Assembly: GCF_963676685.1 (NCBI RefSeq)
Contig: NC_092354.1
Span: 19,282,001 to 19,346,000, forward strand
Direction of reading: 5' to 3'
Origin: Mytilus edulis
Taxonomy: Eukaryota
Length of the DNA: 64,000 nt
The notes under the pieces were generated by a model, which saw only the letters and a list, made by a program, of their open reading frames with translations, was not told the origin of the DNA and ran no database searches. A program made the position numbers and the translations under genes. Of this stretch, positions 25,187 through 39,989 are shown piece by piece (within the stretch, counting starts at the first letter, position 1; every line of letters begins with the position of its first letter).

Positions 25187-26572
25187 ACATGAGAAAAATT
25201 GACCCCCCCCCCCAATTTTTTTTCACATCCCCTTTTCCCTTATTCTAAAACTGATCTCAATTCCAATTTCTAATGGAGTTTGCAACAATAACTACTCATT
25301 TAAATACATCATAAAATATTAAAATGTAAAAAAGTGCATGTTATCACTGAATGGTAAAGATTGTTTTAATTTATCAGTTGGTAGTAAAAGTGAATATACA
25401 TTGTATATTGTATAAAACAATGATTTAAGTTGATTCAACTACTCTTCTGGACAAAGAAAGATAACTCTAATTGAAATTTCTTGCTATTGCGCAATATTGT
25501 GCAATTAGATATTTCTTGCACTTGCGAAATACTGTGCAATTGAAAATACTTGTCATTGCACAATACTTTGCAATTGAAGATTTCTTGCTATTGCGCAATA
25601 ATGTGTGTTTGAAAATTTCTTGCTATTGCACAATACTGTCCAATTGAAAATTTCTTGCTACTGCTGAATACTGTGCAATTGAAATTTCTTGCTACTGCTG
25701 AATACTGTGTAATTGAAAGTTTCTTGCTGTTGCACAATACTTAATATAATAATTTTGGATCCTGATTTGGAACAACTTGAAAACTGGGCCAATAATCAAA
25801 AATATAAGTACATGTTAAGATTCAGCATATCAAAGAACCCCAGGGATTTAATTTTTGTTAAAATCAAACTAAGTTTAATTTTGGACCCTTTGGACCTTAA
25901 TGTAGACCAATTTGAAAACAGGACCAAAAATTAAGAATCTACATGCACAGTTAGATTCGGCATATCAAAGAACCCCAATTATTCAATTTTTGATGAAATC
26001 AAACAAAGTTTAATTTTGGACCCTTTTGGACCCTTATTCCTAAACTGTTGGGATTAAAACTCCCAAAAGTAATCCCAACCTTCCTTATATAGTCATAAAC
26101 CTTGTGTTAAAATTTCATAAATTTCTATTTACATATACTAAAGTTATTGTGCGAAAACCAAGAATAATGCTTATTTGTGCCCTTTTTTGGCCCCTAATTT
26201 CTAAACTGTTGGAACCAAAACTCCCGAATTAAATCCCAACCTTCCTTTTGTGGTCATAAACCTTGTGTCAAAATTTCATAGATTTCTATTTACTTAAACT
26301 AAAGTTATAGTGCAAAAAACAAGAAAATGCTTATTTGGGCCCTTTTTGGCCCCTAATTCCTAAAATAGTGGGACCAAAACTCCCAAAACCAATCCCAACC
26401 TTCCTTGTGTGGTTATAAACCTTGTGTTCAAATTTCATAGATTTCTATTCACTTTTACTAAAGTTAGAGTGCGAAAACTAAAAGTATTCGGACGACGACG
26501 ACGCAGACGACGACGCCAACGTGATACCAATATACGACGAACAAATTTTTAATTTTTGCGGTCGTATAAAAA
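25187..26572 (-). mobile_element. HINE/DINE-like element with internal tandem repeats, inserted in the ZNF remnant
   Basis: 5' tttttatacgaccgc...gtcgtata hairpin and (gtc)n; ~31-bp repeats at 25470-25740 and longer repeats at 26020-26480. Confidence 0.7.
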
Positions 26573-27514
26573 TAAATGTACACATATAAGTAAATTTGAA
26601 GTTTAACAAGTGAATTTTATTTACTTGTATAGGTAAAAAAAAAATGGCTAAAGTTATGTCCCTTAGACATTCAGATTTTTTTACTTGTAGAAGTAAAAAA
26701 GTAATCCTTTCTTCTTTTCTTGAATTCTTAAGATTTCTTAGCCCTGATAGAATTTTAAATTGTGTACCCTTTGCAGATGTCTTTACTAATCATTTAAGTA
26801 CAATTTCCTGAAACGTCACAATTAAAAGGTTTATCTTTATTGTGTACACGCATGTGTGAATTTTAGAGTTGTTTAATATTAAAACTTTTGCCACATACAT
26901 CACAGTTAAAAGATTTATCACCAATATGGTTTCTTAATGACGTATATGGGTCTGTAAATTGCTTCTTCCAGTAAATCCTTTACCACATACATCACAGGCA
27001 TAAGGTGTATCATCAGTCATATCATGAACTATCATGTGTTACTTTAATTCACTACGTCCTTTGGGATCTGTTCCACACACGTCACAGTTAAAAGGTTTAT
27101 CATCATCATGATCATTGTACATACGCATGTGTGACTTTAATTTGTGATTAACACTAAGCATTTACTACATACATCACACGTATTAGTTTAATCACCAGTA
27201 TGCTGTATCATGTGTGACTATAATCAATAAGATCGATTAAACGCTTTCCCTGAAACATCACAATTCACAATTGTGTCATCATTTCCGGAAATATCAATCG
27301 TTACTTTATTTTTCTGAATTTGGAACTTTTATTCATAGACGTTTTGTGTGGTCCGCTTGTCCACTATTGAGCCGCTCAGTGGCCTTAAACTATATTGTGG
27401 AATCATCCCTAAATCGTCACATTAAAAAGGTTTATCACCATTGTGGATACACATGTGTGACTTTAAAAGCTGTTTAAGACTAAAACTTTTACCACATACA
27501 TCACAGTTAAAAGA

Positions 27515-28474
27515 TTAATCCCCATGATCACCAGTATGTATTCTTATATGTGTCTGTAATTTACCGGTTCGAGCAAATCCTTTACCACATACATCACATG
27601 TATAAGGTTTTTCTCCAGTGTGAATACTCATGTGTTCCTGTACGTGCTGCTTCCGACTAAAAGCTTTACCACATACATCACAGCTAAACGATTTATCACC
27701 AACATGTATTCTTATATGTCTCTGTAAGTTACTTCTTCCAGCAAATCCTTTACCACATACATCACATGTATAAGGTTTATCACCAGTGTGTATACGCATA
27801 TGATTTTTTACGTGCGGCTTCTGTCTAAAAGTTTTACCACATACATCACAGCTAAAAGGTTTAACATCAGTGTGTATACGCATATGTTTATTTACGTGTG
27901 TCTTCTGTCTAAAAGCTTTACCACATACATCACAGCTAAAAGATTTATCACCAATATGTATTCGTATATGTCTCTGTAAGTTACTTCTTCTAGCAAATCC
28001 TTTACCACATACATCACATGTATAAGGTTTATCACCAGTGTGTATAAGCATATGTTTCTTTACGTGTGGCTTCTGTCTAAACGCTTGACCACATACATCA
28101 CAGCTAAAAGGTTTAACATCAGTGTTATATGTTATATGTTTACCACATATTTTACATTTATACGGTTTGTTGGCAGTTTGCTGAATTATAATTGTGTTAA
28201 ATTCACTAGGTTGGTATTTTGACTGTTCTTCTCTTTTCAATCCTTTAACACATACTTGACAAGTATTCTCGGACTTATCATGTCTTTTCCATTCGTTACT
28301 ACACAATTGACACTCATGCTGTATCTTTTCTTCCCTTTCTAATCCTTTACCACACAGTTGACCAGTGCAATTCTTACACCCATTATTATATATTGTGTCT
28401 GCCTTTATAAAGTGATCTGGATTATGATCAAGCGAATCGTTCATAAAATCAACTGTATTTTTGTTGTCAGTCAT
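27515..28474 (-). CDS. C2H2 zinc-finger protein, paralog 2, truncated to 7 fingers by a premature stop
   Basis: 319-aa ORF; after the TAA the frame continues directly as SFNCDVCGKSF..., so the stop appears to replace the Lys of a DK linker. Confidence 0.85.
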   Translation of the reverse strand: MTDNKNTVDFMNDSLDHNPDHFIKADTIYNNGCKNCTGQLCGKGLEREEKIQHECQLCSNEWKRHDKSENTCQVCVKGLKREEQSKYQPSEFNTIIIQQTANKPYKCKICGKHITYNTDVKPFSCDVCGQAFRQKPHVKKHMLIHTGDKPYTCDVCGKGFARRSNLQRHIRIHIGDKSFSCDVCGKAFRQKTHVNKHMRIHTDVKPFSCDVCGKTFRQKPHVKNHMRIHTGDKPYTCDVCGKGFAGRSNLQRHIRIHVGDKSFSCDVCGKAFSRKQHVQEHMSIHTGEKPYTCDVCGKGFARTGKLQTHIRIHTGDHGD

Positions 28475-29077
28475 TTTCTGTGTTTAGCCCCTTCTTGCTC
28501 TCTTTTGTGTTCTTGGCTTGCGCCTTTTACAAAAGAAAAATAACTTGAATCAGTCAATTTAAGGTTGAATATCATAATATCTAAACATCTAAATATATTT
28601 AGTAAACGTAAGTAAGTTGGGGTTTTTTTAAGAAGAAAAATGGTTCATACCGTCACCATTCGAGGATTATCTGATATATACAATTGTTGTCCTTTTTTGG
28701 CGTGTATAATTGATCATTACATTTTATTTGTTTTCCTCTATCTTCATGATCTTTGCGTCTTAGATATTTGAATTTCTGGTTTTTTTCTCTATCGTCGATG
28801 TGCCTAATGTCTTTTGATGATTTTTTAAAAAGATTTATTTCAAAAGACAGTAACATATCATCACAACTCGGACGCTTCTGTACTGTCATCTTTTAAAAGA
28901 GTAGCCGTAACAGGGTACTGCCCGATTTGGGCAAGTTAAATTAAATTCTGTATATCGGCAAGTTAACATATTATGTGTATTCCCTCTTTCTTTTCTTTTT
29001 AATCATTACTTTTTAGGTTATAAAAAAATATTGCACAGTTTAGCTATCTTGAGATTTCTATTCAAAAAAAGATATTG

Positions 29078-29085
29078 TTATTATA

Positions 29086-29149
<64 letters not shown>

Positions 29150-29207
29150 CTATTATCATTATCATTATATTTTTATTATAATTATTATTATAATTATTTT
29201 CATTATA
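29078..29207. repeat. (TAT)n microsatellite, with further copies between assembly gaps to ~30300
   Basis: Direct reading. Confidence 0.95.
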
Positions 29208-32200
29208 AATAAAGGCAACAGTAGTATACCGCTGTTCAAAACTCATAAATCCATGGACAAAAAACAAAATCGGGGTAACAAACTAAAACCGAGGAAAACG
29301 TATTAAATATAAGAGGAAAACAACGACATAACACTAAAATGTAACACACATAGACAAAATCCCACGAAAATAACAAATATGACATATATATATAATATCA
29401 AAACCAAATGCACGAATTTGGGATAGACAAGTACCTTGACACATCTTATCGCAATGTGAATTTACACTCAAAAATAAAAGAAAACAAACGACAATTGTTC
29501 TTTTNNNNNNNNNNNNNNNNNNNNNNNNNNNNNNNNNNNNNNNNNNNNNNNNNNNNNNNNNNNNNNNNNNNNNNNNNNNNNNNNNNNNNNNNNNNNNNNN
29601 NNNNNNNNNNNNNNNNNNNNNNNNNNNNNNNNNNNNNNNNNNNNNNNNNNNNNNNNNNNNNNNNNNNNNNNNNNNNNNNNNNNNNNNNNNNNNNNNNNNN
29701 NNNNNNNNNNNNNNNNNNNNNNNNNNNNNNNNNNNNNNNNNNNNNNNNNNNNNNNNNNNNNNNNNNNNNNNNNNNNNNNNNNNNNNNNNNNNNNNNNNNN
29801 NNNNNNNNNNNNNNNNNNNNNNNNNNNNNNNNNNNNNNNNNNNNNNNNNNNNNNNNNNNNNNNNNNNNNNNNNNNNNNNNNNNNNNNNNNNNNNNNNNNN
29901 NNNNNNNNNNNNNNNNNNNNNNNNNNNNNNNNNNNNNNNNNNNNNNNNNNNNNNNNNNNNNNNNNNNNNNNNNATCTTTTCATTATATTTTTATTATAAT
30001 TATTATTATTATTATTTTCATTATAATTGTTNNNNNNNNNNNNNNNNNNNNNNNNNNNNNNNNNNNNNNNNNNNNNNNNNNNNNNNNNNNNNNNNNNNNN
30101 NNNNNNNNNNNNNNNNNNNNNNNNNNNNNNNNNNNNNNNNNNNNNNNNNNNNNNNNNNNNNNNNNNNNNNNNNNNNNNNNNNNNNNNNNNNNNNNNNNNN
30201 NNNNNNNNNNNNNNNNNNNNNNNNNNAATTATTATTACTATTATCATTATCATAATATTTATTATATTTATTATTATTATTATTTTCATTATGTTTATTC
30301 TTTTNNNNNNNNNNNNNNNNNNNNNNNNNNNNNNNNNNNNNNNNNNNNNNNNNNNNNNNNNNNNNNNNNNNNNNNNNNNNNNNNNNNNNNNNNNNNNNNN
30401 NNNNNNNNNNNNNNNNNNNNNNNNNNNNNNNNNNNNNNNNNNNNNNNNNNNNNNNNNNNNNNNNNNNNNNNNNNNNNNNNNNNNNNNNNNNNNNNNNNNN
30501 NNNNNNNNNNNNNNNNNNNNNNNNNNNNNNNNNNNNNNNNNNNNNNNNNNNNNNNNNNNNNNNNNNNNNNNNNNNNNNNNNNNNNNNNNNNNNNNNNNNN
30601 NNNATAGTACATAGATTCAACGTTTACTGNNNNNNNNNNNNNNNNNNNNNNNNNNNNNNNNNNNNNNNNNNNNNNNNNNNNNNNNNNNNNNNNNNNNNNN
30701 NNNNNNNNNNNNNNNNNNNNNNNNNNNNNNNNNNNNNNNNNNNNNNNNNNNNNNNNNNNNNNNNNNNNNNNNNNNNNNNNNNNNNNNNNNNNNNNNNNNN
30801 NNNNNNNNNNNNNNNNNNNNNNNNNNNNNNNNNNNNNNNNNNNNNNNNNNNNNNNNNNNNNNNNNNNNNNNNNNNNNNNNNNNNNNNNNNNNNNNNTGTT
30901 TATAGTACAACGATTCAGCTGTTATTGTCTTTATTTATCATATTTCACCCTTTCATATACTTACATATTAATGTTTAATTTTATTAAGAACAAATCATAT
31001 ATGTTAACCTTACGTTCCATATACAGATTTTTTGAGCGAAATATCGACTAATTTACTAAGATAAATACGTTGGTATGCTTTATGCTGTATTTCAGAATGA
31101 ACTGAATTATTATCAACTGAAACCATGAGACTTGGGTACAGGCTTAGATGTTAACGATTGTAGCGTAACTACTGTTGGATTTCATTAAAGTTTACAAAAC
31201 ATCAATATGATCAAATTATATGTTCATGTTTCGGAAGAATTGTTTGTAGTTTTGATTTAATATGTGACCATATGTTAAAGCCTTGCCTTTAGTTCTATTA
31301 TACAATACACATAAACATATAGATCGTATACTCACTTATTCAAATCACAAATTTTCAAGTAGAGTAATCTAAAAATAGCATTGAAAGAAAAGGTTAAAAC
31401 ACGAAGGGAGATAATTACAGTAAATTACTTATGGAGTGCCAGTTTAATATTATATTTTTTAATCCAGGGATAAAAAGGAAAAACAGCTGCCTGGGCATTC
31501 GTCGGTATCGGTTTGGATTTCAATTATAAACTTCTGGTTTTCCCGTTCGTTGTCTAGGCAACCGGGTGACCTATTCCTTTATTTTGTGTTTATAATGTAT
31601 TTTATGCAAATAGCAAAACTATATTTTCTGTAAAACGTTTTTGAGGAATGTTTATTTGGACATTTGGAGTATATTTACTTTAAAGAAATATCAGTTGAAG
31701 AAAATATCATTATTTGTATACGATTAAATATCTACGGGATATTCTGGAACAATGTTTGAGAACATGAATAAAAAATATAAGCAAATAATATTGTGTTAAT
31801 GTTGTTAAAACATTTGACTCAATTGTAAGAAATAAAACATTTAGAAAAACAATAACATAAACATTTTTCTGATGTTTAAATAATATGTTATTTAAATATT
31901 TTGTGAGCGACCTCCATATGACATTTGAAAAATGTTTATAAAATGTTATGTGTTTGCTGGGATTGTCATGAAATAAACTTTTAGAATTAATTTGTATAAT
32001 ATGCAATATTGTAAAAAAATTTTAAAAAAAGGTTTTTTTTAAAGTTTTATAGTAATACATATAAGAAACATATAAGAAATCCCAATGTACATTAAATTGC
32101 GTTAATGTAACAGTAATGCAATGTAAAAGCTATAGTAAACATAAATATAATTATTGCTTCATTCGCAATTAATCGGTTCGTTACCCAACCTGGCATTCAG

Positions 32201-32261
32201 GCTATTAGTCTCTAATGTGAACATATTTTTTGTTATTATTGGACTTCTGATCATCCCGCGT

Positions 32262-34900
32262 CTTTGTCGAGCCTTCGACTTTAGTTGAAAAAGCGAGACA
32301 TAGAGATCCTACATTCCGTCGGCGTCCACAAAAATACAAGTTGTTGTTGTTGTTTTTTTAATTCTAATAACGTTCTGAAACCATCCTGGATTTCTACGAA
32401 ACTTAAACGAAAGCTTGCTTATTTACATAAAATAGTATCCAGTGGTACATTTAATTTTATATGCATAAAATTCTATTTTTTCCGTTTGTTACTTATAAAT
32501 GGACAGTCGTAGCTTACGTTCAGACATCCGAGGTAGTTGCCTCAGTAAAAAAAAAATATTTTCCTTCACTGTATTTTCTTTTAAATGATTATTGCAGCAA
32601 ACTGGCTACTAAACAATAATGTAGCCACTTGATATGTCTTGTTGGCGAGGTTATTGATTCATACCCTTTACGAATTATTTAAGACTTACGGAAACATTTG
32701 AATTAATTTTCCCTCCTCTATTTGGAAATACTCTTTACGGTAGTTTTCTGTAATTCAAGTTTGTCAGAGTAAAAGGAAATCGACAACAGATTTATTTTGT
32801 CTTACCCCATAACAAGCGAAAACAGTGAGTAGAATAGATGAGGATCCAACTCACGAGTCACCCGATCAAATCACTTTACCATTGAATTAGGTCAATTAGT
32901 TAATTTTGTGTCAGAATAATTTCAAGTATATGAGGGCTTGAAATTTTTAAGAAAACAGAAAAATCGGCCCTGAAATTAATTTAAATTTAAAAGAATATGG
33001 ATTTAAAATGATGCTAATTATAAAATAAGGAAAATCAAATTATGGGAGACAATGATTAAAAAATAAATATTTGATAATCCCATTCTAAGCATTCAAACCC
33101 TCATTTATAACCGTTGACATGTTCCCCTACGACTATGTTCATTGACTTTGGTAGTAAACAAAACAAAATATGCATTTATATATATTATAGTGCATAGAAA
33201 ATAATTTATATGTTGTGGTTCTCAAGTTTTATTCTCGCTATTTTAAATTCATAGTACGTTTTCACAAGCAGGGAATTTAAAATATTTAAAGGAATCACTA
33301 ATTCCAGAGAAATATGTCAGTTAGTTAATACATAATGTCAGTTTTTATATATAAAAAAATCAACCAAAACTTCAGAATAAAGTAAATGTTATATATTCGC
33401 CGGTTGTCATGTTTATCGTGAATGAAAAAAAAAGTTAAAAATCATTCAATATTTAATTTCAAGACCTTCGAAGGAATACACCACTAAAACAAGTGCCGTG
33501 CCACACTTTACATGAAGCATATGTTTTTCTCCTAGTTTATCCTGAAATTCGTTTGTTCAATCCAGCTGTCATTTTGTGGTCAGATTATCTATAATTCGTT
33601 GATTCGTGACCTACGACCAAATAAATGATCACCACAAAACTTAGTACAAATATGCCTTAATGTTTGCGTGTTTTTTTTCTGTATTTCAACATTTTGTACA
33701 TGTTTCTTCTATCCACCGAGCAAGGTCATGATTTCTTGTGATATGACGTGTGAGGTACAGCCAACTATATTAGAGTATACTACGGCTTGGAAATATATTG
33801 GGAGCCATTAGGCATTTGAGCTGGCTTTCTGCTGGGAACAGTATGTCAATATATATGTTCCTGCTTTCTGTAACTGCTAGCAAGTCAGGAAACTGACTTT
33901 TCATTGGTTTTCTAATGTGATACCTTCACGTATATTGTCATTTTTATAGCTTTACGTATAGATAGTACGACATATAATTAACATTAATATGATGAAATAA
34001 CATTGAATAGCAACTATTTTTAACGATTTTTTCTTGTTCAAATTGTAAAAATCTCTATAGCTTCAGGGCGCGCAGCCCCACTGACCCCCTGCCTCGGTAT
34101 AAGCAGAAGGCAAGCTACACCACTGCGGACTTAGTCTTTTTCTACCAAGAAATATTACATTCACTCTGTGGGTACAGTTTTTAAAATTTGAATACCTTTA
34201 AAACTATCCTGGATTTGTACCAAACTGGGACAGAAGCTTGATTAATATCATAAACTCATCATAGATATTAGGACTAAATTTTGTATATAAGCCAGACGCG
34301 CGTTTCGTCTTCAAAAGACTCATCAGTGACGTTCGAATAAAAAAAAAGTTAAAAAAAGCCAAACAAAGTAAGAAGTTGGAGAGCATTGAGAACCAAAATT
34401 CCTAAAAGTTCATAAGATAGAATCTAGAAGTAAATTTTGTAAAACAAGAATTCCATATTTTCCGTTTTTTTATTTATAAATGGACTTATATAGTGTTTCT
34501 GCCAGGAAACATTACATTCACTCTGTGGGTAAAGTTTTTAAAATTTAAATATTTTTTTAAACTATCCTCGATTTGTACCAAACTTTGACAAGCTTGTTTC
34601 TGATCAAAAGATAGTATCCAGAAGAAAATTGTATAAACAAAAGTCCATTTTCCCGCTTGTTACTTTTTAATGGACTTAGTTTTTCTTTCAGTTAACATTA
34701 CAAACAGTCTGCAGTTAAAGTTTTTAAAACATTTATTAGATTCATAAACTATCCTGGATTTTTACCAAACTTTGACAGAAGCTTCTTACAATCAAAAGAT
34801 ATTATCGAGAGAAATATTTTCATTGATTGTTTCCTAGTTTTGGTTGAATCTGCGATTCTCATCAAAAGTAGAAGAGACACTGGGTTCCGCGGAACCCTAA
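32262..34900 (+). mobile_element. Interrupted HINE-like element
   Basis: 5' tttgtcgagccttcgac..., internal aaactatcctggattt repeats, 3' hairpin gggttccgcggaaccc. Confidence 0.5.
34291..34333 (-). ncRNA. Minimal type I hammerhead ribozyme (Penelope pLTR type), intact core
   Basis: Reverse strand reads gtca CTGATGA gtctt-ttg-aagac GAAA cgcgcg TC tggc, with a palindromic stem III. Confidence 0.8.
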
Positions 34901-35919
34901 CCAAATTTGTTGTATGGGGTTAGTGTTGCTATAAGTCTATTTTTTTCTATGTTGTCTTGTGTACTATTATTTGTCCATTTGTCTTTTTCTTTTTTAGCCA
35001 TAGTGTTGTCAGCTTATTTTGGTTTCAAAAGTTTGAAGTCTTGTACATTTGAAGGTAATATTCTTTTTTTTTTATCATGAAAGGAATTTGTATGTAAGAC
35101 AACATTTTCATTTAATAAAAAAAATTGTTTCATAACATTTAAGGAAAATGTATTAAACTAGATTTATTTCACTTGACTGGGCGGAGTTTAAAAGGTTCGC
35201 TCATTTAAGACCAGTCCATCTATAGACAGGAGTTTTGGGATAAGCTCATCAATGAAGTGTCGAGTTATTCGCCCCATATCATACATTCAGTTATTATGTA
35301 TATGCGTTTGGTGACACGGATAAGTGATTAGAAATCAATTAGTATTATAACGGCAATCATCCTTATTGCACACATCTTCAAATAGACTGGCCTTATGCAA
35401 ATTAAAACATAAGCTTCGCCCGATCAGTGGAAATAATAGTGGTAATACCACTGAAAATATGAGAAAAAAATACATTGATCAACATTCGCGAAAACGAACC
35501 TTGGAATAGATCGGAAATTCAAACCAGAGAAAAGTATTGAGGAGGGGGATACATTTGCTGAAATTCGTAAAGCGAGTAAGAAATAAAGATAAAGTAATGT
35601 ATGCTTTGACTGTGGTACTCCGAGTTGGATTTTCGCTTACAATAACAGTCGCTGAAAGGTAGATATGTACTACAAATAACTCGAGTTATTATGGTTAACT
35701 GTTTGGCTTGTTATTTTTGGTATTGATTATTCAAATATAAAGCAACTTTTTCCATATCAGTCCAAAAAACAAAGTTAAATCACAAAATACTTAAATCCAA
35801 GGAAATTTCACTAAATAACATCCCTAATCAAATGGCAAAATCAAAAGCTGAAACACATCAACCGAATGGATGACAACTGTCATATTGCAGACTTGGTACA
35901 GGCATTTTCTTATGTACTT

Positions 35920-37568
35920 TATTGTCAACTAATGGAAACTCAAAATAAACTCTCACGACACTTACCAAAGAGGAAATCCTGGATAATCATAAGTCTGTTC
36001 TATGTTCCTTTAGAATTTCAACAAAATTACAAACTAGATCTACCATCACTGTATTTAGAACTTAAACTACATTAGTGTCCTTACAAACAATGGTATATTG
36101 TTGGGTCTTCCAAGTGCTCCACGAAACTTCAGACTAAATTATTAACATCTATTTTATCAGCAATTTAATCCGGGCTTCAAAGTTATTGTTAAACTGCTTT
36201 TTCTAGAGGTGGCGTGAATCAGATGTGGATACTAAAAGAATCCAAAGATCTTTTAGAGTACATTCAATCTAAGTCTCTGTCATCTTGAAATAGTACTAAA
36301 ACATTTGATGTTCTACACTTTACATTTATTTATTTACCGGATTTGTAATCACATAAGCAACACGACGGGTGCCGCATGTGGAGCAGGATCTGCTTACCCT
36401 TCCGGAGCACCTGAGATCACCCCTAGTTTTTGGTGGGGTTCGTGTTGTTTATTCTTTAGTTTTCTATGTTGTGTCATGTGTGCTATTGTTTTTCTGTTTG
36501 TCTTTTTCATTTTTAGCCATGGCGTTGTCAGTTTGTTTTAGATTTATGAGTTTGACTGTCCCTTTGGTATCTTTCGTCCCTCTTTTACACAAGTATTCCA
36601 CATTCCAAACTAAAAGAACAATTGAACGAGTTGGTATTGCTTTGTTTCATAAAAAAAAGAATGGCCAACGCAGATACAAGTATCTTGTCTTAGGAAGGGA
36701 TAAACTGACTTTATCAAGATGATCGATTTTTTTATTATTGACAACATATTTGTTACGTTCGGAGGACGTGGTTTTCAACGGACTGTCGTCATTCAAATTA
36801 GAACCAATTGTGCCCCTATTTTTGCAGACTTGTTTCTTTATTATTATGAGGCTGACTTCATACAGGAACTTCTTAAAAAGAAAGATAAGAGGCTAGCAAT
36901 ATCCTTTAACTTTACTTTCCGCTATATAGATGATGTTCTTTCAACTAATAATTCAAAATTAGGTGACTATGTTGAAGGCATCTATCCCATCGTACTAGAG
37001 ATAAAGGATACTACAGATACAGTTAAGTCGGCCTCATATCCTGACTAACAGCACCTGCATACGGGGTATATATCCCGTGCTTGTATTTCCTATCATGATT
37101 TTCTTGATAGAGGGTTGCTGCTCACAAGGAAGGTATTAACCCAATAGTTCCAAATGGTGAATTTGAAATCATCCCTTCGTACATTTTACAGACGCCATCA
37201 CGAGTTGGTTGACCGTTATGGAATAACCGTTTCACAGATGATATCGGATATGTTCCTTACGTCGAACTACAATCCCCTTCCCTTTTATGAATGTGACCTA
37301 CCGAATTAGACTATTTACTGGATTTGTTATAACATGAGCAACACGACGGGTGCCACATGACGAGCAGGATCTGCTTACCCTTCCGGGGCATCTGAGATCA
37401 CCCCTAGTTTTTGGAGGGGTTTGTTTTGCTTATTCTTTAGTTTTATATGTTGCGTCATGTGTACTATAGTTTGTCTGTTTGTCTTTTTCATTTTTAGCCA
37501 TGTCGTTGTCAGTTTATTTTCGATTTATGAGTTTGACTGTCCCCTCTGGTATCTTTCGTCCCTCTTTT
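35920..37568 (+). pseudogene. Degenerate Penelope-like (Naiad-related) RT copy with 3' tail; a tail copy is also inserted at ~36330-36585
   Basis: LPSLYLELKLH, DNIFVTFGG, TNCAPIFADLFLY, FRYIDDVL; many stops; tail copies also at 6510-6870 (+) and 8555-8780 (-). Confidence 0.8.
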
Positions 37569-39426
37569 ATTGACAGTCATCAAACATCAACATAATAATT
37601 AACATTTACACATAAAATGACATTTATCCAACCATATAAATCTGATTTATCTAAGTTATCAAGAGCAGATAAGTATGAAAATTCAATCATTTTGAGATTA
37701 AACATTTTCGCATTACTCATTAAACGATTTACATGTGAACACTAGTGTCAATATCTGAATATAACAACATTTGATGACTATTATAATAGTAGTAAAATTT
37801 GCAGTGTTAACACGGCCATATTCTTTTTCGTCTGAAGAGATCTTCGGAAATTTGTCTTAAGAAATGAAGTTTTTTTTTTGGAGAAATAATGGTACACACA
37901 TGATATATGATTGTGTAAGTTGTAGAAGTTGTAGGGTCGCTCACAGCAAAAAAAAAATAAAACAAAAGCTTTTCAAGACTTTGTAATTGTTAAGGGAAAG
38001 TTAAATAAACAGTAAATAAACGGGCCTTTTTTCGGATTTCTAGGCCTGAAAAGCTAAGCAGTACATCTAAACACAGATGAAGTGATTGCAAGATGTTTCT
38101 GAAATGGAGGAAATATGATCTTTAACAGGCTTTGAGTTCAATAATGTACATGATGTAGTCAGGAGTATTTGGATCATTGTTTTGATATTCAAATTGATGT
38201 TTCATGAGCTGATCATGTTGAAATTTTTCCTCATCTCTACAGCCGAAAGGGAAATGTTCCGGGCACAGAAAGTTTTACAATAATGTCATACATAACGAAA
38301 CGACAACGCAAAGGCCCAGTGTAAGCCTCTTTATCAAGTGGAATCAACAGACTTTTTATCAAAAATACAACAGAATAATGATGAGCAGTTATGCTACTGT
38401 GTTCGATATGCTTTATGTTTGAAGTACATTTACAGAACAGTAAAAAAAAAGCAAATAGGAAATGGGAAAGAAAATCCTTAGTTTTTCGAAAAATGCAAAA
38501 ATTTTGTAAACAGGAAATTAAAAAAAACTATCACATAATTGATATTCATGTCAACACCGAAGTGCTGACTACTAGGCTTGTGGTGCCCTCGGGGACGAAA
38601 CGTCCACCATCAGTGGCATCGACCCAGTGGTGTATCAGGTTGGTATTTTAGAAATATTTAGCTATAAGTCAAATTTGATTGCAGAGTTTAAGACATTAGA
38701 ATACTTATGATGTTATATATATATGTTATATTTGTTATTCTCGTGGGATTTTGTCTATGTGTGTTACATTTTAGTGTTATGTCGTTGTTCTCCTCTTATA
38801 TTTGATGCGTTTCCCTCGGTTTTGGTTTGTTACCCCGATTTTGTTTTTTGTCCATGAGTTTTATGTAGACATGTCTAGCGTACTTATTTATAATCCAGCT
38901 GGTGCTTTTGATAATTTTTTCTCACGATCCAGTATGTCGTTCATATAACAATCCATTTGCTATCCAGTTTTTGAAGGAATAAACTGTCTTTGCAATTTCT
39001 TATAAAATGTTTCTATTTACCCAGTTTTCTGATAATTGAAAAAAAAAATCTTTAGATTTTATAAACCTCCATTTGTTTTTACCAAAATAGAAATTACTTG
39101 CAAATAAAAGATAGTCTTGTATTTTTTTCAAGTCCTGCTAGTGATTTAACATCATCTAAATTTAGGTTAAAGATGTTAAACATGTTAAAGGCAAAATAAT
39201 TTTGCCTAGATTTTTTAAAAATCTGGAGAGAATAATCTGCCAATTCGGCAGAGAGATTGAAGTTAATTTGGAAACCTAACATGCCTATGAAGCTTTCAGT
39301 GTTGTAAAATAGCTATAAAAAATCAACCTTTTGATATCTGCCGATAATTGTATTTTCTTTTACCTTGAAGTTCGCATTATACAAAAACAACGGCTTCCAG
39401 TCTATTTAATGACTTTGTATGGAACA

Positions 39427-39591
39427 CAGAGGCGGATTTAGAGGGGGGCCCAGGGGGCCCGGCCCCCCCCCCCCTTTTTGGGAAAAAATTTGGTTGCTTA
39501 TATAGGGAACCATTGAAGCGTGACTGGAGCGGGCCCCCTCTTAGGTCAGTCCGTGGGCCCCCACTTATGAAAATTTCTGGATCCGCCACTG
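39427..39591. mobile_element. hAT5-like MITE (5-bp TSD gaaca)
   Basis: gaaca-CAGAGGCGGAT...ATCCGCCACTG-gaaca. Confidence 0.7.
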
Positions 39592-39989
39592 GAACAATAC
39601 ATGATACTGGTGAGTTAAGTACAAATAATGAATATTATAAATGCTACAACATGTATAATGTCTAATAAAAAAACATTAAGGAATATTAAAATAAATGACT
39701 AAAAAGTATTGAGAAAAATGAATGCATATTAAATGAAGGAAAAAATATCTACAAGTTACATCAGAAAAACAATTTATCAATTTTTTTGAAGGTTATTCAA
39801 AGTAATTGAAAAGAAAAATATTATGTAATGCATAACTTTAAATTACTTTTAATTAGACATATGCTCAATTACACATTACATTTAACACATGTTTAATAAC
39901 TTTCAAAAAATTTCATTAATTACAGCTAACTACAATTACATTTTTAATTTTCCCAGGTCTAACACAAAGAAGCCAAAACTATGTGTTGT

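Larger units (their letters stand above)
23700..27514 (-). pseudogene. Decayed 3' zinc-finger array of paralog 2, interrupted by two TE insertions
   Basis: Repeated finger/linker remnants (e.g. ORF 23741-23947 HTGEKHICKCGVCG..., [14 protein letters not shown]) with frameshifts; homologous to 39990-40470 and to the C-terminus of paralog 1. Confidence 0.8.

Noticed and set aside
29031-30910. ORFs in the microsatellite and N-gap region
   Set aside because: Artefacts of (TAT)n and N runs
31549-31562. RFX X-box-like palindrome gttgtctaggcaac
   Set aside because: Single short match, not seen at the paralogous loci
36286-36288. TGA in the second Penelope-like RT (SLSS*NSTKTFD) as another Sec codon
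   Set aside because: That copy has TAG/TAA stops and frameshifts and no recognisable SECIS, so ordinary decay explains it
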